Positions 1 to 12,868 of a stretch of 64,000 nt of DNA are shown one piece after another. The notes below the pieces were generated by a model. The model did not search any database and was not told the DNA's origin. It saw only the letters and a list, made by a program, of their open reading frames with translations. The translations under genes and the position numbers were made by a program. Position 1 is the stretch's first letter; each line of letters begins with the position of its first letter. The stretch comes from Octopus sinensis (Eukaryota), in contig NC_043004.1 in NCBI RefSeq assembly GCF_006345805.1, forward strand, positions 16,058,001 through 16,122,000, given 5' to 3'.

Positions 1-137
1 GTTACCGGAATAAACAAACTTGTAACTCGTTGGAAAAAATATGTTGATTAGTTTGATGAATAAAATTTCAACCTTGTTGAAACATACAATGATGAATTTC
101 ATGTTTCAAAACGTTGCCTACTCTTTATTCAGCCTAA
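1..137 (+). mobile_element. 3' end of a decayed mariner transposon (transposase C-terminus and right TIR)
   Basis: Translates as VTGINKLVTRWKKYVD, matching the mariner C-terminal GIxKLxxRWxKC pattern. Ends in a TIR-like sequence (reverse complement taggctgaataaagagtagg) followed by TA at 138-139. Confidence 0.6.
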
Positions 138-1143
138 TACATGCCATTGCCACTGTGTAACGCAATGATAACAAAGAGAAACATGTAGGATAAAATTTTC
201 CAAAAGCAATGGAAAAAATACAATTTTGAAAATATGAAATTATATGAAAGTGCTGAAAAACCATTTGCCGTTTCCTTTACCCTCACCTGCTCAAATTCCT
301 TTATGAATGCAACCAGATAATTGTTATTATGTGCAATGGTAAAAACCAAATCCACGGCAGACGAATGGACTTTGAAACCGATAACACAGGGATTTAAATA
401 AAAAGACAGAGACGCGAAATATACCACAATGCTACTCCACGATTTAACAGTGTTTGCTCAACTCGCGCTTGCATAACATGAACATCAGCAATTATAATGA
501 TCGTAGTGAGAGAGAGAGAGAAAGAGAGAGAGAGAGGAGAGAGAGAGAGCATGATTTAAAAAAACGGTCTTTCTTTTGCGAATTCAAGAAACAATTTAAA
601 TCAGTGTTGAAATTCAAAACTAATTTAATTTTATTGTCTTATTGACTATAACGGTGTAGTTTCATATTATATTAAAATGAAATTAATTCAATTGATTACC
701 ATGCAGACTTTGTGATTTTATCAAAACTGCGATTGTGACTTTAACGGTTATGAAAAATCTAAACTGATAACAGTAATGTTTTGTTTGGTGCTAAGAATGC
801 TATTAATTTTGTGCTTACAAAACTTATAATTGGTGCTCTGAGGACACTAGACATATCAGTAATTCCCTTTATGTCATTCGAGTTTGAAGATTCTAATCTG
901 GATAATGATTGATTCGCTGTCTTCGTATCTTGTCTCTTGGGTGCTACGCTTAGAGGAGAGAGATACATAGATTATAATACAATATAATTTATATCTCATA
1001 TTCACTGTAAGAATGAAGCTCGTTTATAACAGAATTGTATATTTTTTTATTAAACAAGAATTCTCACAGGATGTCGGTGCACAAACATCAATAAACTTAC
1101 GTGTATGTGTGCACTTATATATAAGTGCATGATTGTGTGTGTT

Positions 1144-1177
<34 letters not shown>

Positions 1178-1530
1178 AAAACACGAGAGAAATAAAGTAG
1201 GATCTGCATCGGTGAACGTGATGAAGAGTCAGTTGTTGAATCAGGCAAGTTACCTACTCCTTAAGACGGAGTGTAAATAGCAGAGAGCTTCACAAGTATG
1301 TAATACTGAAGAAGAGTCACAGTGACACAACTCGTGGCAACGCTGTATCATTGAAATACAGTTATATGCCGTCAGCTTTCTGGAGGTTCCGTGTGTCTAT
1401 TTTGACTCAGAGATGTTGGATTTATGCGAAGCTCTTGTCCTAAATGGTATGTAGTAACATCCAAAAGTGCAAACACTAACTCGTAAATGAGAAGTAAACA
1501 TCTCATACATCGCGACATGGTGCGAGAACA

Positions 1531-1584
<54 letters not shown>

Positions 1585-1606
1585 GGAGAGAGAGGGAGAG
1601 ATAGAC

Positions 1607-1658
<52 letters not shown>

Positions 1659-1659
1659 T

Positions 1660-1800
1660 ATAAAAATGGGACAAGAAAACATCCAGATAGACGATACAAA
1701 GAAAACAAGAATGTGCCATTCAAAGTTTTCTTTCCTCAATCAAGTACCAGATTATCTTCGCAATTTCGGCTGATTATACTTGAGATTGCTCCAATCTGGC
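1660..1800 (-). mobile_element. Penelope-like element terminal remnant next to microsatellites
   Basis: Same architecture as the tails at 56.5-56.8 and 57.7-58.0 kb (GAAA...TGAnGA words, ...ACAAG/GGACAAG end segment). No ORF. Confidence 0.35.
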
Positions 1801-1812
1801 CATATATATATC

Positions 1813-1847
<35 letters not shown>

Positions 1848-1884
1848 TGTGTGTGTGTGTGTGTGCTAGGCGTTACTTCATTGA

Positions 1885-3820
1885 GGAAGTGGCTAAAGAA
1901 CCTGGCACGTGTGAGACCCTGTTTCCTTAAGAACAATCTAAAGTTTTGACAAGGTCGACCATCTATACTTGGCAGCGAACCTCAACTCAGCTAGTTTCGG
2001 GCCTGTATTCAGGGGCTGGATCACTGCAATACTCAGTGACATCTGTTCAGTAGTCAGATTACATGGTCACGTCTCAAAGCCGTTTAACCTCATGCACTCA
2101 AACCGGCAAGGTCTCCCCTCTCGTCTCGCTTGTATATACGGACTCTCGAGCCATTAATACACAAACTGGAGACGTTGAGAGGTATCCCCGTCACGTAGGA
2201 ATGGGAGATGCCTCTCGGCATATGCCATCGACGTCACCGTAGTTGTGTCGGATCATAAATACATACAAAAGATCGGCACCGTTCTCAGCGACGACGAGGC
2301 CATTTCAGGAGCAACGATTAACCAAGGAAAAATTACCTGACACCTGGAGAATCAAGTCCATAGCGCTGAACTGCGTCGCTGGTCGCTGGTCGGACAGATG
2401 GATTAAATTTCTTGGTATCTGTTTCGGTCGGGACCTCCAGATGGACATAAAACTGGGACGAGACAACGAGCAGAGTGACTACACTCACCCAGATATAGGC
2501 CAAGAGAAAGCTTTCCCTGAAAGGACGGGCAGAGATGTCTAACGCGCATATCGCGTCCGTCATCTATTATCGCTTGTCCATCGTGCCTTGTCCCGCCCAC
2601 CGTCTGATTATGCCGGAGCGAATACTCTTCTGCTTCTTGTGGAACGGATGCAGCCCGATGGTCAGGCGGTCTATCTCTTGTTAACATCCGCTGCGTGATA
2701 GCCTAGGCATGCCGAGATTGATGTTGCGCAGACATGCGCTGAGGCTACGACATTTCCTGTGCTTCCTTGACGGTGAACAAATGTGGTCGCTATTCGCCAG
2801 ACGCGTATTTCCGCTGCTAGGTTCTTTAACGGAGCTGCAGTCCTGGGTAAAATAGAGATCGAGAGAAAGCAGTTGGGAAGCTGGATGACTTCGAGCGCTC
2901 ACAAATCTCAGCCAATCTGACACTGCGGTAGTTGCAACGTGCACTTTAGCTTCTTATAGAGGATTAGCGGAGGAAAAGTGCGACGATGTTCTTGGGGAGA
3001 CTTTGGGCGTCGAAGAAGATCAGCTAGCCGTTCTTTTCCTGAGAAATTTCGACCCGGGACCGATGGGTAATTTCCAAAAATCCCTGGCCTTGCAGCTACC
3101 GGAGACCTTTGCCTGTTCGAGATAAACTTTACAGGCACGGAAGTGCAGTCAGTCGAGTATATCCAAGATGTACGCAGGACAATACGGTCCTGCATGCCCT
3201 CATCCAGTGCCCGCACATTGTTCACCTGTGGGTTTATGTCGAACTCCTGTTGTCCCGTGTGTGATGGATCTGTCTGTCAACTGAATCCATTGTGAAGAAC
3301 GCCTCGCTGCCTTCCTTTAACTGGGAAGGAATGTCTGTATTTATATGTCTGGTAGCTATGGAGAAAGAGGTTGTATATTGGACGAGCTTGAAGGGGCTGA
3401 AGACAAACACTTTTCTTTTGGGCCAATCTCTGATCAATTTCTTCAAATTTCGATTGAAAATCAAAATTAGAGCAGGGAAGGAAGTGCTGGTTTCAAACTA
3501 TTTTCTTGAAAGATGGATGAAAGTGGCGAGAATGGTGGGAGTGAACGGTCCTGCCCAGTAGCTGGAAAAAAGTAAAAGAAAAAAGGCACCTGTCCCAAAA
3601 TCCAGGGTACCCATGGTTTTTATGGGGGGTGGGGGGGGGTGTCAATAAGCAACCCTCGAACGTCTCTGTCCTATTGAGGATTACACATCTTTGATTTTTC
3701 TGTTTTATTTTGTTAGTCTTGTTTACATGCAAAACCCACACACATACACAAACTCTTTATTTTTTTCACGTATTGACCATAATGTTTTTCTTAATGTAAA
3801 CCTTTGTGGTTAATAAATAA
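1885..3820 (+). mobile_element. 5'-truncated, decayed Tx1/L1-clade LINE (RT, zf-RVT, 3' UTR)
   Basis: Fragmented frames give QSKxFDKVDH, RQGLPLSSRLYIRTLEPL, SAYAIDVTVVV (YADD box), IKFLGICFG, NAHIASVIYYRLSIVPCP, LGMPRLMLRRHALRLRH and TVLHALIQCPHIVHLW. 3' UTR ends with AATAAA near 3810. Confidence 0.85.
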
Positions 3821-3827
3821 ATCAATA

Positions 3828-5375
3828 TTATTGCTGTTGTTATTGTTGTTGTTATTTTTGTGCTTCCCAGAACTTTCTGTCTTTGTTCTGTTACATTCTG
3901 TAAGAACAGACAGCAGCCTGTCGTCAGAGGTTTTACATTGGTAGTAAATTGTGGGAGTCATTCAACATGCAAGTTCCAATCTCAAAATCCTAGGCGTCCC
4001 CTGCCGAGAAATTTAGGGCAGGGTCTTTCTCTGCTCTCATGTCAATTCCGATTTCTTTGACATATTTCTCGAACTTGGTTGTTAGTGCTCCGAGTGCCCC
4101 TACAAAAACTGGAATGACAGACACTCTCCTCATACTCCACATCCTTGCAATTTCGTCTTTTAGTAGTCTTTGCGTTTCAATCTTTTCTAGTTCTTTGTCA
4201 CTTAAGCGTGCTGCTCTAGGTATTACCATAAGTATGATCTTAGTTTCCTTTTTTCCTTTATCTACCACAACAATATCTGGTCTCCGAATCTCGATTAGAG
4301 AGTCACATTGTAAAATCCTACAGTATCTTATGTTCCTTGTTCTCACATTACTCCTTCTGGCTCAGGTTCGTACGATTTGGGTGCTCTGTTCAGGCCGTGG
4401 ATGAATTTAACCACGTTATCGTGCCTCGTCTTGTCGTGCTTTTGGGTCAACTTGATACACTCACTCACAATATGTAAAATTGTTTCGTTTCAGCTATCAC
4501 ACATCCAACAAAGAGACGATTTGCTATTCTCATCTATTTGGAACTTGGTGTAATTAGTTCCCAGAGTTTGCTCCTGGGCGCTGCATATCAATGCCTCAGT
4601 ACATCCTTTCAGATCACTTTTTCTTAGCCATCTCCAAGTATTGATCTTGTCTTTTCCTTGGATTTCTCTAAGTTATTTCCCATGCAGTGGTTTCCCTTTC
4701 CAGTTAATTCCTCTTTCTTAAATGTTTGTGGGTGCCTAGCATTTTCGGTAGACATTATATTGCTAATTCCAATTGCAGCAAGTAAGGATTCACTCTGGTG
4801 TTTGATGTATCATCCCAGACTGTTCTTCTCGTTGACGGCACAGATCTTGCATCTTATCAGATCTTTTTCACGCCGGTTTCTAGATACAATCTGTCAGAAT
4901 CGCTTTTGGTATGTAGTTCCTTTTTAATTGTCACCACTTTTCTAGTTTTCCTGTCCATTTCTTCAAGTTCATTTCTTCAAGTTCATTTCTTCTGTCCATT
5001 TCTTAGTCCACCTAACAAAACATGCGCTGTATCGCATTAAGGAGACAACCCATGTATTCATTGCTCTGATCTTGTTTTTTTTACAATTGAGTTTACTTCT
5101 CATAATTAACGTGGTTCTTCTGAGATATTCTCACCTAAATCTTTCCTTCATTTCACTTTCCTTGGGTTTGTCGTATTCTACAATCCCCAGGTATTTATAT
5201 CTTTCAGTCTTAATAGACTTGATTATATCGCCGTCGGTTAGCTCTACGCCATCGAACGACACTACTTTGAATACCACACTTTTTAGTCCCAAATTCCATT
5301 CCGATATACTGATTATTCTGGCCGTAACAAGGAGGCAAACATCTTTGTAACCGTTTAACATGGCACTCTATACCA
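3828..5375 (-). mobile_element. Decayed R4/Dong-clade RLE LINE (RT C-terminus and restriction-like endonuclease)
   Basis: ORFs 5131-5361 (NLGLKS...DGDIIKSIKTERYKYLGIVEYD) and 3990-4346 (RPDIVVVDK...KELEKIE...LKDEIARMW...VIPVFVGALG) are homologous to the element at 21010-23137. Tail is (AAC/AAT)n. Confidence 0.9.
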
Positions 5376-5475
5376 ATTTCCTTTATATTCCCCTTGATGC
5401 TTTCTGTTACTTATCCTAAAGACCCAACAATAACTGGCACTACCTTCACCTTCTCCATTTACTATATCCAGCTAC
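5376..5475 (-). mobile_element. Second small R4/Dong endonuclease fragment
   Basis: Minus strand reads MEKVKVVPVIVGSLG...NIKEIG, the same motif as in 3990-4346. Confidence 0.6.
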
Positions 5476-7249
5476 TGTCACGTGATGCATTTTTGTTTTG
5501 CAGTGCTTCTCCCCTGTTCGTCAATTTTTGCAATGGCTGAAATGAAGGAACAGCGTACTACCTTGAAATTATTATTCCCTTTTTTCATAATTTGCAACTA
5601 CGGAGTTATCCATCATTATTTTATTCACTGTACTGGATTTGAGAAAATTACGGAACGTATTGAACATATTTTCTACGTGACTTTCATCCCAATTTCTATA
5701 TACAGGCGCTCGAGAGAATGTTCCTTTGTGAGTGCAATAAGGTCTTAGCCAGTTGTGCCGTTGCGGATAAGTATCTACATGCATTTCTAACATCCAGTGT
5801 TGTGGTCTGAGACAAAAGAACGGTGAAACGTGCATAGGAAACAAATTACATTAATCTATATTATAATGATTTCACTCAGGTATAGAGACGAGGCACACCT
5901 GTGTTCGTGTGTGCATATGTGTGCATGTGTGTGTGTATATTTGATTGGGAGTGTGTGTTTGTGTACTATATCAAAAATTGACCATATCATTTCGGTTTGC
6001 CTTTAACAAGACAATTATTTATATCCATCCACCTTTAGTTTGCCAACAGTTCCAGCGAAGTATATAGGCAAAATGTTGAGGTAGTAAATTATTCTATTAT
6101 TTAGAGCAACTGTGGTAGGCATTACATCGCTATATCTCACAAAGATTTATCTATTTCAGCAGTTATATTAATGCAATGTTATTTATATAAAACTTATTAC
6201 GTTTTTAAGCAATCCCTTAACATTTAAATCTATATACACACGACATAACCAGATCAATATCTCAGAATTTCATTTCTATCTAATATATTTTCATACAATA
6301 GGAAATACTCATGTATATTCATAAATTTTTAATGTATTTTTCATAACAATAGAATAACAGCACAAATCAAAACTCTTGGGTGATTATGCTGATATTTCAA
6401 CAGAAATCAACGAATTTAAGGCACATAGCTATCCACAGGATCAATCCTGCCATTAAAAGCCGCTACATCTATCACTATCGCACGTATGAGGGTTAAATTT
6501 ATACCCCGGAGGCTTCCTCGATGACAACTGGAAAACTATTGCTATATACAGTTATATATATTTATCAGTCAAAATGACAAACCACAATTTTCACTTAAAC
6601 ACAAAGGTGAAAGCGGGAAAATGAACAAACCATCTAAAACCCTGTACCGATAACGAAAATAATCGAAAATTGAAAAGGGCAGACATACCCGTATCACCGT
6701 GATTTCGAACTTTGGGAAAAACCCTTATTTCATGTGCAGTCTGCAGCGAGTCTTCCTGACCCCTGGGTTATAGAGATTATTAATCTCACCAATGTGTACT
6801 ATGACCGTTTTTAATGCCGCAGCAAATTTTAAAAAGGTATCGGAGTGAATAAAAAAATATTTAAATATAATAGTATGAGTGGCTCAGCTTGCTGGTACTA
6901 CTTATTAGTACTATTAATTTCCACAGATGTTTTAGACGTGTTTGTATTGATGAAAGGAAGTTCTTAAATTGAAACCTGCAATTCGTTCAGATTTAAGACT
7001 ATAGACGGTGGTGCAATAGGTGCCATCACTGTATCCATGTTCGACCTTGATGAATCGTTATGTATTCATTCAGGCATATGTGAACGTATGCATAACTGGA
7101 GTACAAATCCGTGTTTACTTAAGTAGGTACTTATATGTCTTAAGGTATTGTGAGCACACGATGACGTTATCACCAACCTGACTCTGGTCGTTTGCTATTA
7201 AATACCTGACTCTCTTGAATCCTGGAAATTTTATATATACATACATATA

Positions 7250-7400
7250 GTAAAAAAAAACGAAGAACAAACAATAGAAAGAAACAACAATGCAAGGACG
7301 TGGTACATGCATCTTATTAGTAGACACTCAGGGCAGGAAAGAAAGGTGATGTTACATTTCGAGCAAATCTTTGCTCTTACATCAGTAATAACGGTTATGA
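7250..7400 (-). mobile_element. PLE terminal remnant with a degenerate hammerhead motif
   Basis: Minus strand: tatta CTGATGT a a gagcaaa ga tttgctc GAAA tgt...gTC tacta. Homologous to the tails at 56066-56283 and 60866-61080. Confidence 0.6.
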
Positions 7401-9356
7401 ACAGAAATGAAACCATTCTTCCTGCGTATAATTATATATACGAGTACAGATAGATTTCAAATTTTCCAAAGAAATAAAATAGAATGAAACAAAGCATTAA
7501 TACTACCATCATTCACTAAGTTGTACTCCCATCTAAACGGTGCAGGTCCGTTCACAATTCAGTTGCCGATTACAATGATATCAACTATCCAAATGAGATT
7601 CTAGTCTCTTAAATTTGTTACTGCCTTCTTCGCAATCTACAGCTGCAAAGAGAAACATTACGAAGGTATGAAAAGGGACATTTTCAAAATCCCTCAAGTG
7701 ATAAAAGACTAACTGTCCAAATGCTTTCATGATCGAAGCAAAAACTATGAGTGCTTGTGCCAAATCATAGGTTCCTTTCTCGCCAAGGATTCCACTCATC
7801 TTTTCAGATAAGCGGCTTCATTTTAAATTCTTTCAGATTGTGATGATGGTACCCGAGTGAAACACCAAGTCTTCAGGATACAGGAACAAAATTCGAACTG
7901 ACAAAATTGTTACTTTCTAAGAGGTAAAATCTCAATTTCGAGCTTTTCTTGGGTTAAAATACGGATGTATTTTAATAAATAAAAAATAAATATCTTCTAG
8001 TAGCGTTTCTTTGTACGAGATGTCGTAATGTTAGGATAAATAATAAACGAGTCAACATATCGAAATATCTAAATCTCTTACAAAATGCTTTTGACAGTCA
8101 AATTTATCATACAGGGTAGAGAGCTATATTGGAAAGAGATTTCTGCAAATACCATTATATTTCATTGGCGGAAACACTGTTCTGGGTTTGATTTAAAACT
8201 GTCAAAAACAGATTAGCCTTCACGGGGTCACGAATTTGAAAGTGGAGGTATGGTTGTTCTACTACTCGAAAATGACCCGTGTGCTACAATATCTAAATAA
8301 GTTACAATTGTCTGTTGTCTTACAATTGTCTGCTAGCTGTATTGGAGGATGTGAAAAACAGAATTATTCTTGGGTATCAACAGGAATCAATAGTAACTCA
8401 CTCCTGTTCTTCTTTAACGACAATTTGCGACACATATCTTTTCTTGTATAAGAAAATGCTTCTAGGTATCATGTAAATTTTGTGGAAGCTCAAACGGATG
8501 TTATATTAAAAGGTAATTTACGTTCCTAAACACGTATTTATTTTCTGTTGCTGATGGACAAAAACGTACAAGCCAATTCCAAGGTATAATGCTTGCAGGA
8601 ACTCTTTCAAAAAATTACCAATTGGTAAGACATACATTTAGTTTCAATGTCACAGATTACTGGAGTTCATTTAAAAATTAAAATACCCATGAGTTCCAAA
8701 GATATTAAATTAAACGTCAAATCCAGTTGTGCTCGATCAACATCAGGAATTCGCGAAATGGGATCGACGGATAAAAGAGCTTCCGTCATACAAGTTGTCT
8801 CAAAGGTGGCAGGAGGGAGTTGATTCGCATATTAAGAACAGGCTCCTGGCTTGGTCCATTATCTCGACGGTCGCTCACCATCAGTCACATATTTTCTAGT
8901 CAAGTGGAATTTTAGGCGTCAAGTAGTTTTTCTTTTAGTAATTACCTAAAAGTTACCTGAACTTGCGTTTCTCGGGGAAATAAGTTGCCAAAAGCGGCAA
9001 AATATCAAAGTAACCTGTACACACATGAAGATCAGAATTATATATTTATATATTTGATATGTGTTTGTGTGTATGTATTCGTGCGTGTGTGTGTATGTGT
9101 GTGTGTATGTGTGCGTGAATTTTCACGAAGGGAATGCGTGTGTGTGGCTGAGTTTAAGTGTATTGAACGAAAAGTGCAGAAGACCCGCTAGATTTGCAGA
9201 CATAAGGAAATAGAGTATAAACAGACATATACATCTTCTGTCGGAAATCATAAGACGTGCAGCAAGTAAAGCAACATATTTTATTGCAACAGTGCCCACC
9301 ACTCATTAGAGCTTCTTGTGAATAGATGTGTATCCACTTAAAGTTATCATCATCAA

Positions 9357-9525
9357 TAGGCGCTGGAGTGGCTGTCAGGTAAGTAGGTTGCTTACCAACC
9401 ACATGGTTCCGGGTTCAGTCCCACTGCGTTGCACCTTGTGCAAGAGACTTCTACTATAGCCTCGGGCTATAGTAGAAGTCACTTATGAGTGGACTTGGTA
9501 GACAGAAAAAGAAAGAAGCCCGTTG
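9357..9525 (+). mobile_element. tRNA-derived SINE (family 1), head and body
   Basis: A-box-like TGGCTGTCAGG and B-box GGTTCAGTCCC. Near-identical to copies at 16213, 23812, 28223, 36415 and 38066. Followed by (TA)n(TG)n. Confidence 0.85.
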
Positions 9526-9559
9526 TGAATATATATATATATATATTGCAACAGTGCCC

Positions 9560-9639
<80 letters not shown>

Positions 9640-9659
9640 TTGGAATTTACAAAGAAAAG

Positions 9660-10305
9660 ACGAAACACGTGTATTAGTTTAACGCTCGGGAAAGTAAGAA
9701 AGTATTTTACGTTTCGAGCTTACACTCTTCAAGGGAAAGGAACACGAGAAAATAAACGTAGATGGAATAATAAAAGCTTTAGTGGCTAGCGGTCGATCAT
9801 GATGGCTGGCTGGACGGAGGTGGTCAGACAGGAGAGCTAAGAAGAAGTGGAGATAATAAAGTAGTGGTGATCCCAATACGAAGGTGCGCATGCGTGTATA
9901 TGTGAGTGTTTAAGTGTGTGCGTGTGGATTGGAGCTAGTGAGCTTGACGTGTGAATGCGTACAGGCGTAGGTCTGTGGATGATGGTGTGAATGCTGGGAA
10001 GTGGTCAGTGCTAGTGTGTGCGGGGAGGTGTGATGTGGTGTGGTGTGGTGTGGCAAGATGTGGTGTGGTGATGTGGTGGTGTGTGGTGTGTTTGGTGGTG
10101 GTGGGGTGTGATAGATTCGAAGGTGGAGGTTGTGAGGATGGGGATGTAAGGGTGAGGTGTGGGCATAGAGGGTGGTATGTCGGTTTGTGGAGAGGGTGTG
10201 TGGGTAGGGGTGGGGTATGTGGGAGTGTAGTGTGCTGGGGTGCGAAGACAAAAAATGTTAACGCAAGACAAAGATCTCAAGTCATAAGTTATTGGAAAAA
10301 TTCTG
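9660..10305 (-). mobile_element. 3' part of a Penelope-like element (CA-rich 3' UTR, HHR-like tail)
   Basis: Shares blocks with the GIY-YIG-bearing copy at 25040-26130 (gtattagttt.../gtattttacgtttcgagc...actcttcaa; gtgatccca...cgaaggtgcgc). Confidence 0.7.
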
Positions 10306-10306
10306 G

Positions 10307-10470
<164 letters not shown>

Positions 10471-10530
10471 AGAAATATTGAATTTCTAAATGACTCAGAA
10501 AGACATGAACGGTGAGTGGGGGCGATATAA

Positions 10531-10707
10531 TGGTTGTATACTGTCAACTCAACGTGACAGTCCCGTAAAGGGAATAAAACCACCGCTATATAAGGACACA
10601 GGAAATGTGTCAAAGCCAATAGGAAGCATCGATGCTTCCTAGGGCTATATAGCGGTGGTGTGATTCCCTTTACGGGACTGTCACGTTGAGTTGACAGTAT
10701 TCAACCA
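10531..10707. repeat. Fold-back (MITE-like) inverted repeat with ~62-bp arms
   Basis: 10531-10592 matches the reverse complement of 10646-10707 with 3 mismatches. The spacer holds a gacaca/tgtgtc hairpin and the perfect 22-bp palindrome taggaagcatcgatgcttccta. Confidence 0.85.
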
Positions 10708-10709
10708 CA

Positions 10710-10749
<40 letters not shown>

Positions 10750-11759
10750 GCTAGCTAACGTACCCAGTAACTCCTAGGAAAACGGGGCTCATCCCTTGAT
10801 TTCGCTGATCTAATTACAACAACACGGGTATGTAGCCCTTAAAACATTTTTTGTGCATTTACAGAGATTACCAAACTGTCTTACACAGGATCTTGGTTTT
10901 AGGAATTCCCAATAAGTTATGAATAATAAAATTGTGAAGTCAATTATGTAATAACATGAAATTAGTTTCCCGATAGTAAGAATTCAAATAAAGTAGCCCC
11001 GAAAAGGGCTTTAATGCATTTCTAGAGTATATAGAACATAGGAGGAAATACTATTAAGGTATGTATACTGAAATCGTGAAGCATGTCACGTATGAAATAA
11101 TAACAAGTTAAAGTAAATAACTCTGAAAAAGGCTTTTGTGCATTCCCAGAGAGTATTATTCTCAGCGGCGCAAGTTTTGCTATATTTGGGAATATGTCAC
11201 TAACCGAAATCGTTTTAGGAAAATACTATTTACTTGTTTAATGGTTGTACTGGAATAGCTCTAACAATTCAAATACTAAGAAATAAGCATACTCAATTTC
11301 ATTTTTACCAAATAATTTTTGAAAATGAATGGATTATTTCTCTTGGCTTTTAAAATAAAATATATTAGATATATATAAAGATCCCTTCTATAGGCTCTAT
11401 TCTCGATTTTTCAACAATCTGAGTATGTCATAAGGTTTCCAGGCAGCGTTTCTACTCACGTGTCAAGTGACATCAAAATTGATAAAAAGATGTAGACGTT
11501 AGCTAACAACTCCACAAGCACACCCAGAGAGAGAATTTCCCACATATATAGTAGATATATATAATATAATATATTATAATTAAAATTCTGTCCTCCTATA
11601 TTGAATGGATGAAAACGTCTATAACGAAAACTGGAACGTCATAAGTTTTATCACTAACACAATTTAATGAAATTCCAAGTATATTAATCGATATGGAGCT
11701 AAACCGATGTAAATACACCCCTGTGAGAGAGTAAACTCCATCCGAAAATTTCATATACG

Positions 11760-11795
<36 letters not shown>

Positions 11796-12832
11796 ATATA
11801 TATAATATATATATATATATGCTAGCTAACGTACCCAGTAACTCCTAGGAAAACGGGGCTCATCCCTTGATTTCGCTGATCTAATTACAACAACACGGGT
11901 ATGTAGCCCTTAAAACATTTTTTGTGCATTTACAGAGATTACCAAACTGTCTTACACAGGATCTTGGTTTTAGGAATTCCCAATAAGTTATGAATAGTCA
12001 AATTGTGAAGTCAATTATGTAATAACATGAAATTAGTTTCCCGATAGTAAGAATTCAAATAAAGTAGCCCCGAAAAGGGCTTTAATGCATTTCTAGAGTA
12101 TATAGAACATAGGAGGAAATACTATTAAGGTATGTATACTAAAATCGTGAAGCATGTCACGTATGAAATAATAACAAGTTAAAGTAAATAACTCTGAAAA
12201 AGGCTTTTGTGCATTCCCAGAGAGTATTATTCTCAGCGGCGCAAGTTTTGCTATATTTGGGAATATGTCACTAACCGAAATCGTTTTAGGAAAATACTAT
12301 TTACTTGTTTAATGGTTGTACTGGAATAGCTCTAACAATTCAAATACTAAGAAATAAACATACTCAATTTCATTTTTACCAAATAATTTTTGAAAATGAA
12401 TGGATTATTTCTCTTGGCTTTTAAAATAAAATATATTAGATATATATATAAAGATCCCTTCTACAGGCTCTATTCTCGATTTTTCAACAATCTGAGTATG
12501 TCATAAGGTTTCCAGGCAGCGTTTCTACTCACGTGTCAAGTGACATCAAAATTGATAAAAAGATGTAGACGTTAGCTAACAACTCCACAAGCACACCCAG
12601 AGAGAGAATTTCCCACATATATAGTAGATATATATAATATAATATATTATAATTAAAATTCTGTCCTCCTATATTGAATGGATGAAAACGTCTATAACGA
12701 AAACTGGAACGTCATAAGTTTTATCACTAACACAAATTAATGAAAGTCCAAGTATATTAATCGATATGGAGCTAAACCGATGTAAATACACCCCTGTGAG
12801 AGAGTAAACTCCATCCGAAAATTTCATATACG

Positions 12833-12833
<1 letters not shown>
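10750..12833 (+). repeat. Head-to-tail tandem duplication of a ~1.01-kb non-coding unit (period 1071 bp), probably a non-autonomous Helitron/Helentron-type element
   Basis: Copies at 10750-11760 and 11821-12833 differ at only a handful of positions and are separated and followed by (TA)n. The 5' end (CTAGCTAACGTACCC...) resembles the HINE-type start at 29096. There is an internal inverted copy of the first 12 bp at 11496-11507. The duplication is certain; the class assignment is inference. Confidence 0.75.

Positions 12834-12867
<34 letters not shown>

Positions 12868-12868
<1 letters not shown>

Noticed and set aside
1205-1365. Two hammerhead-like words (GTGATGA-agagtca, CTGAAGA-agagtcac...gtgac)
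   Set aside because: No intact GAAA, stem III or stem I. At most a heavily decayed PLE tail.
5490-5570. Mariner transposase start (MAEMKEQR)
   Set aside because: Too short, with no TIR or downstream motifs to confirm it.
9357-9430. tRNA genes
   Set aside because: The A/B-box sequences are SINE heads. They lack a complete cloverleaf and continue into SINE bodies.
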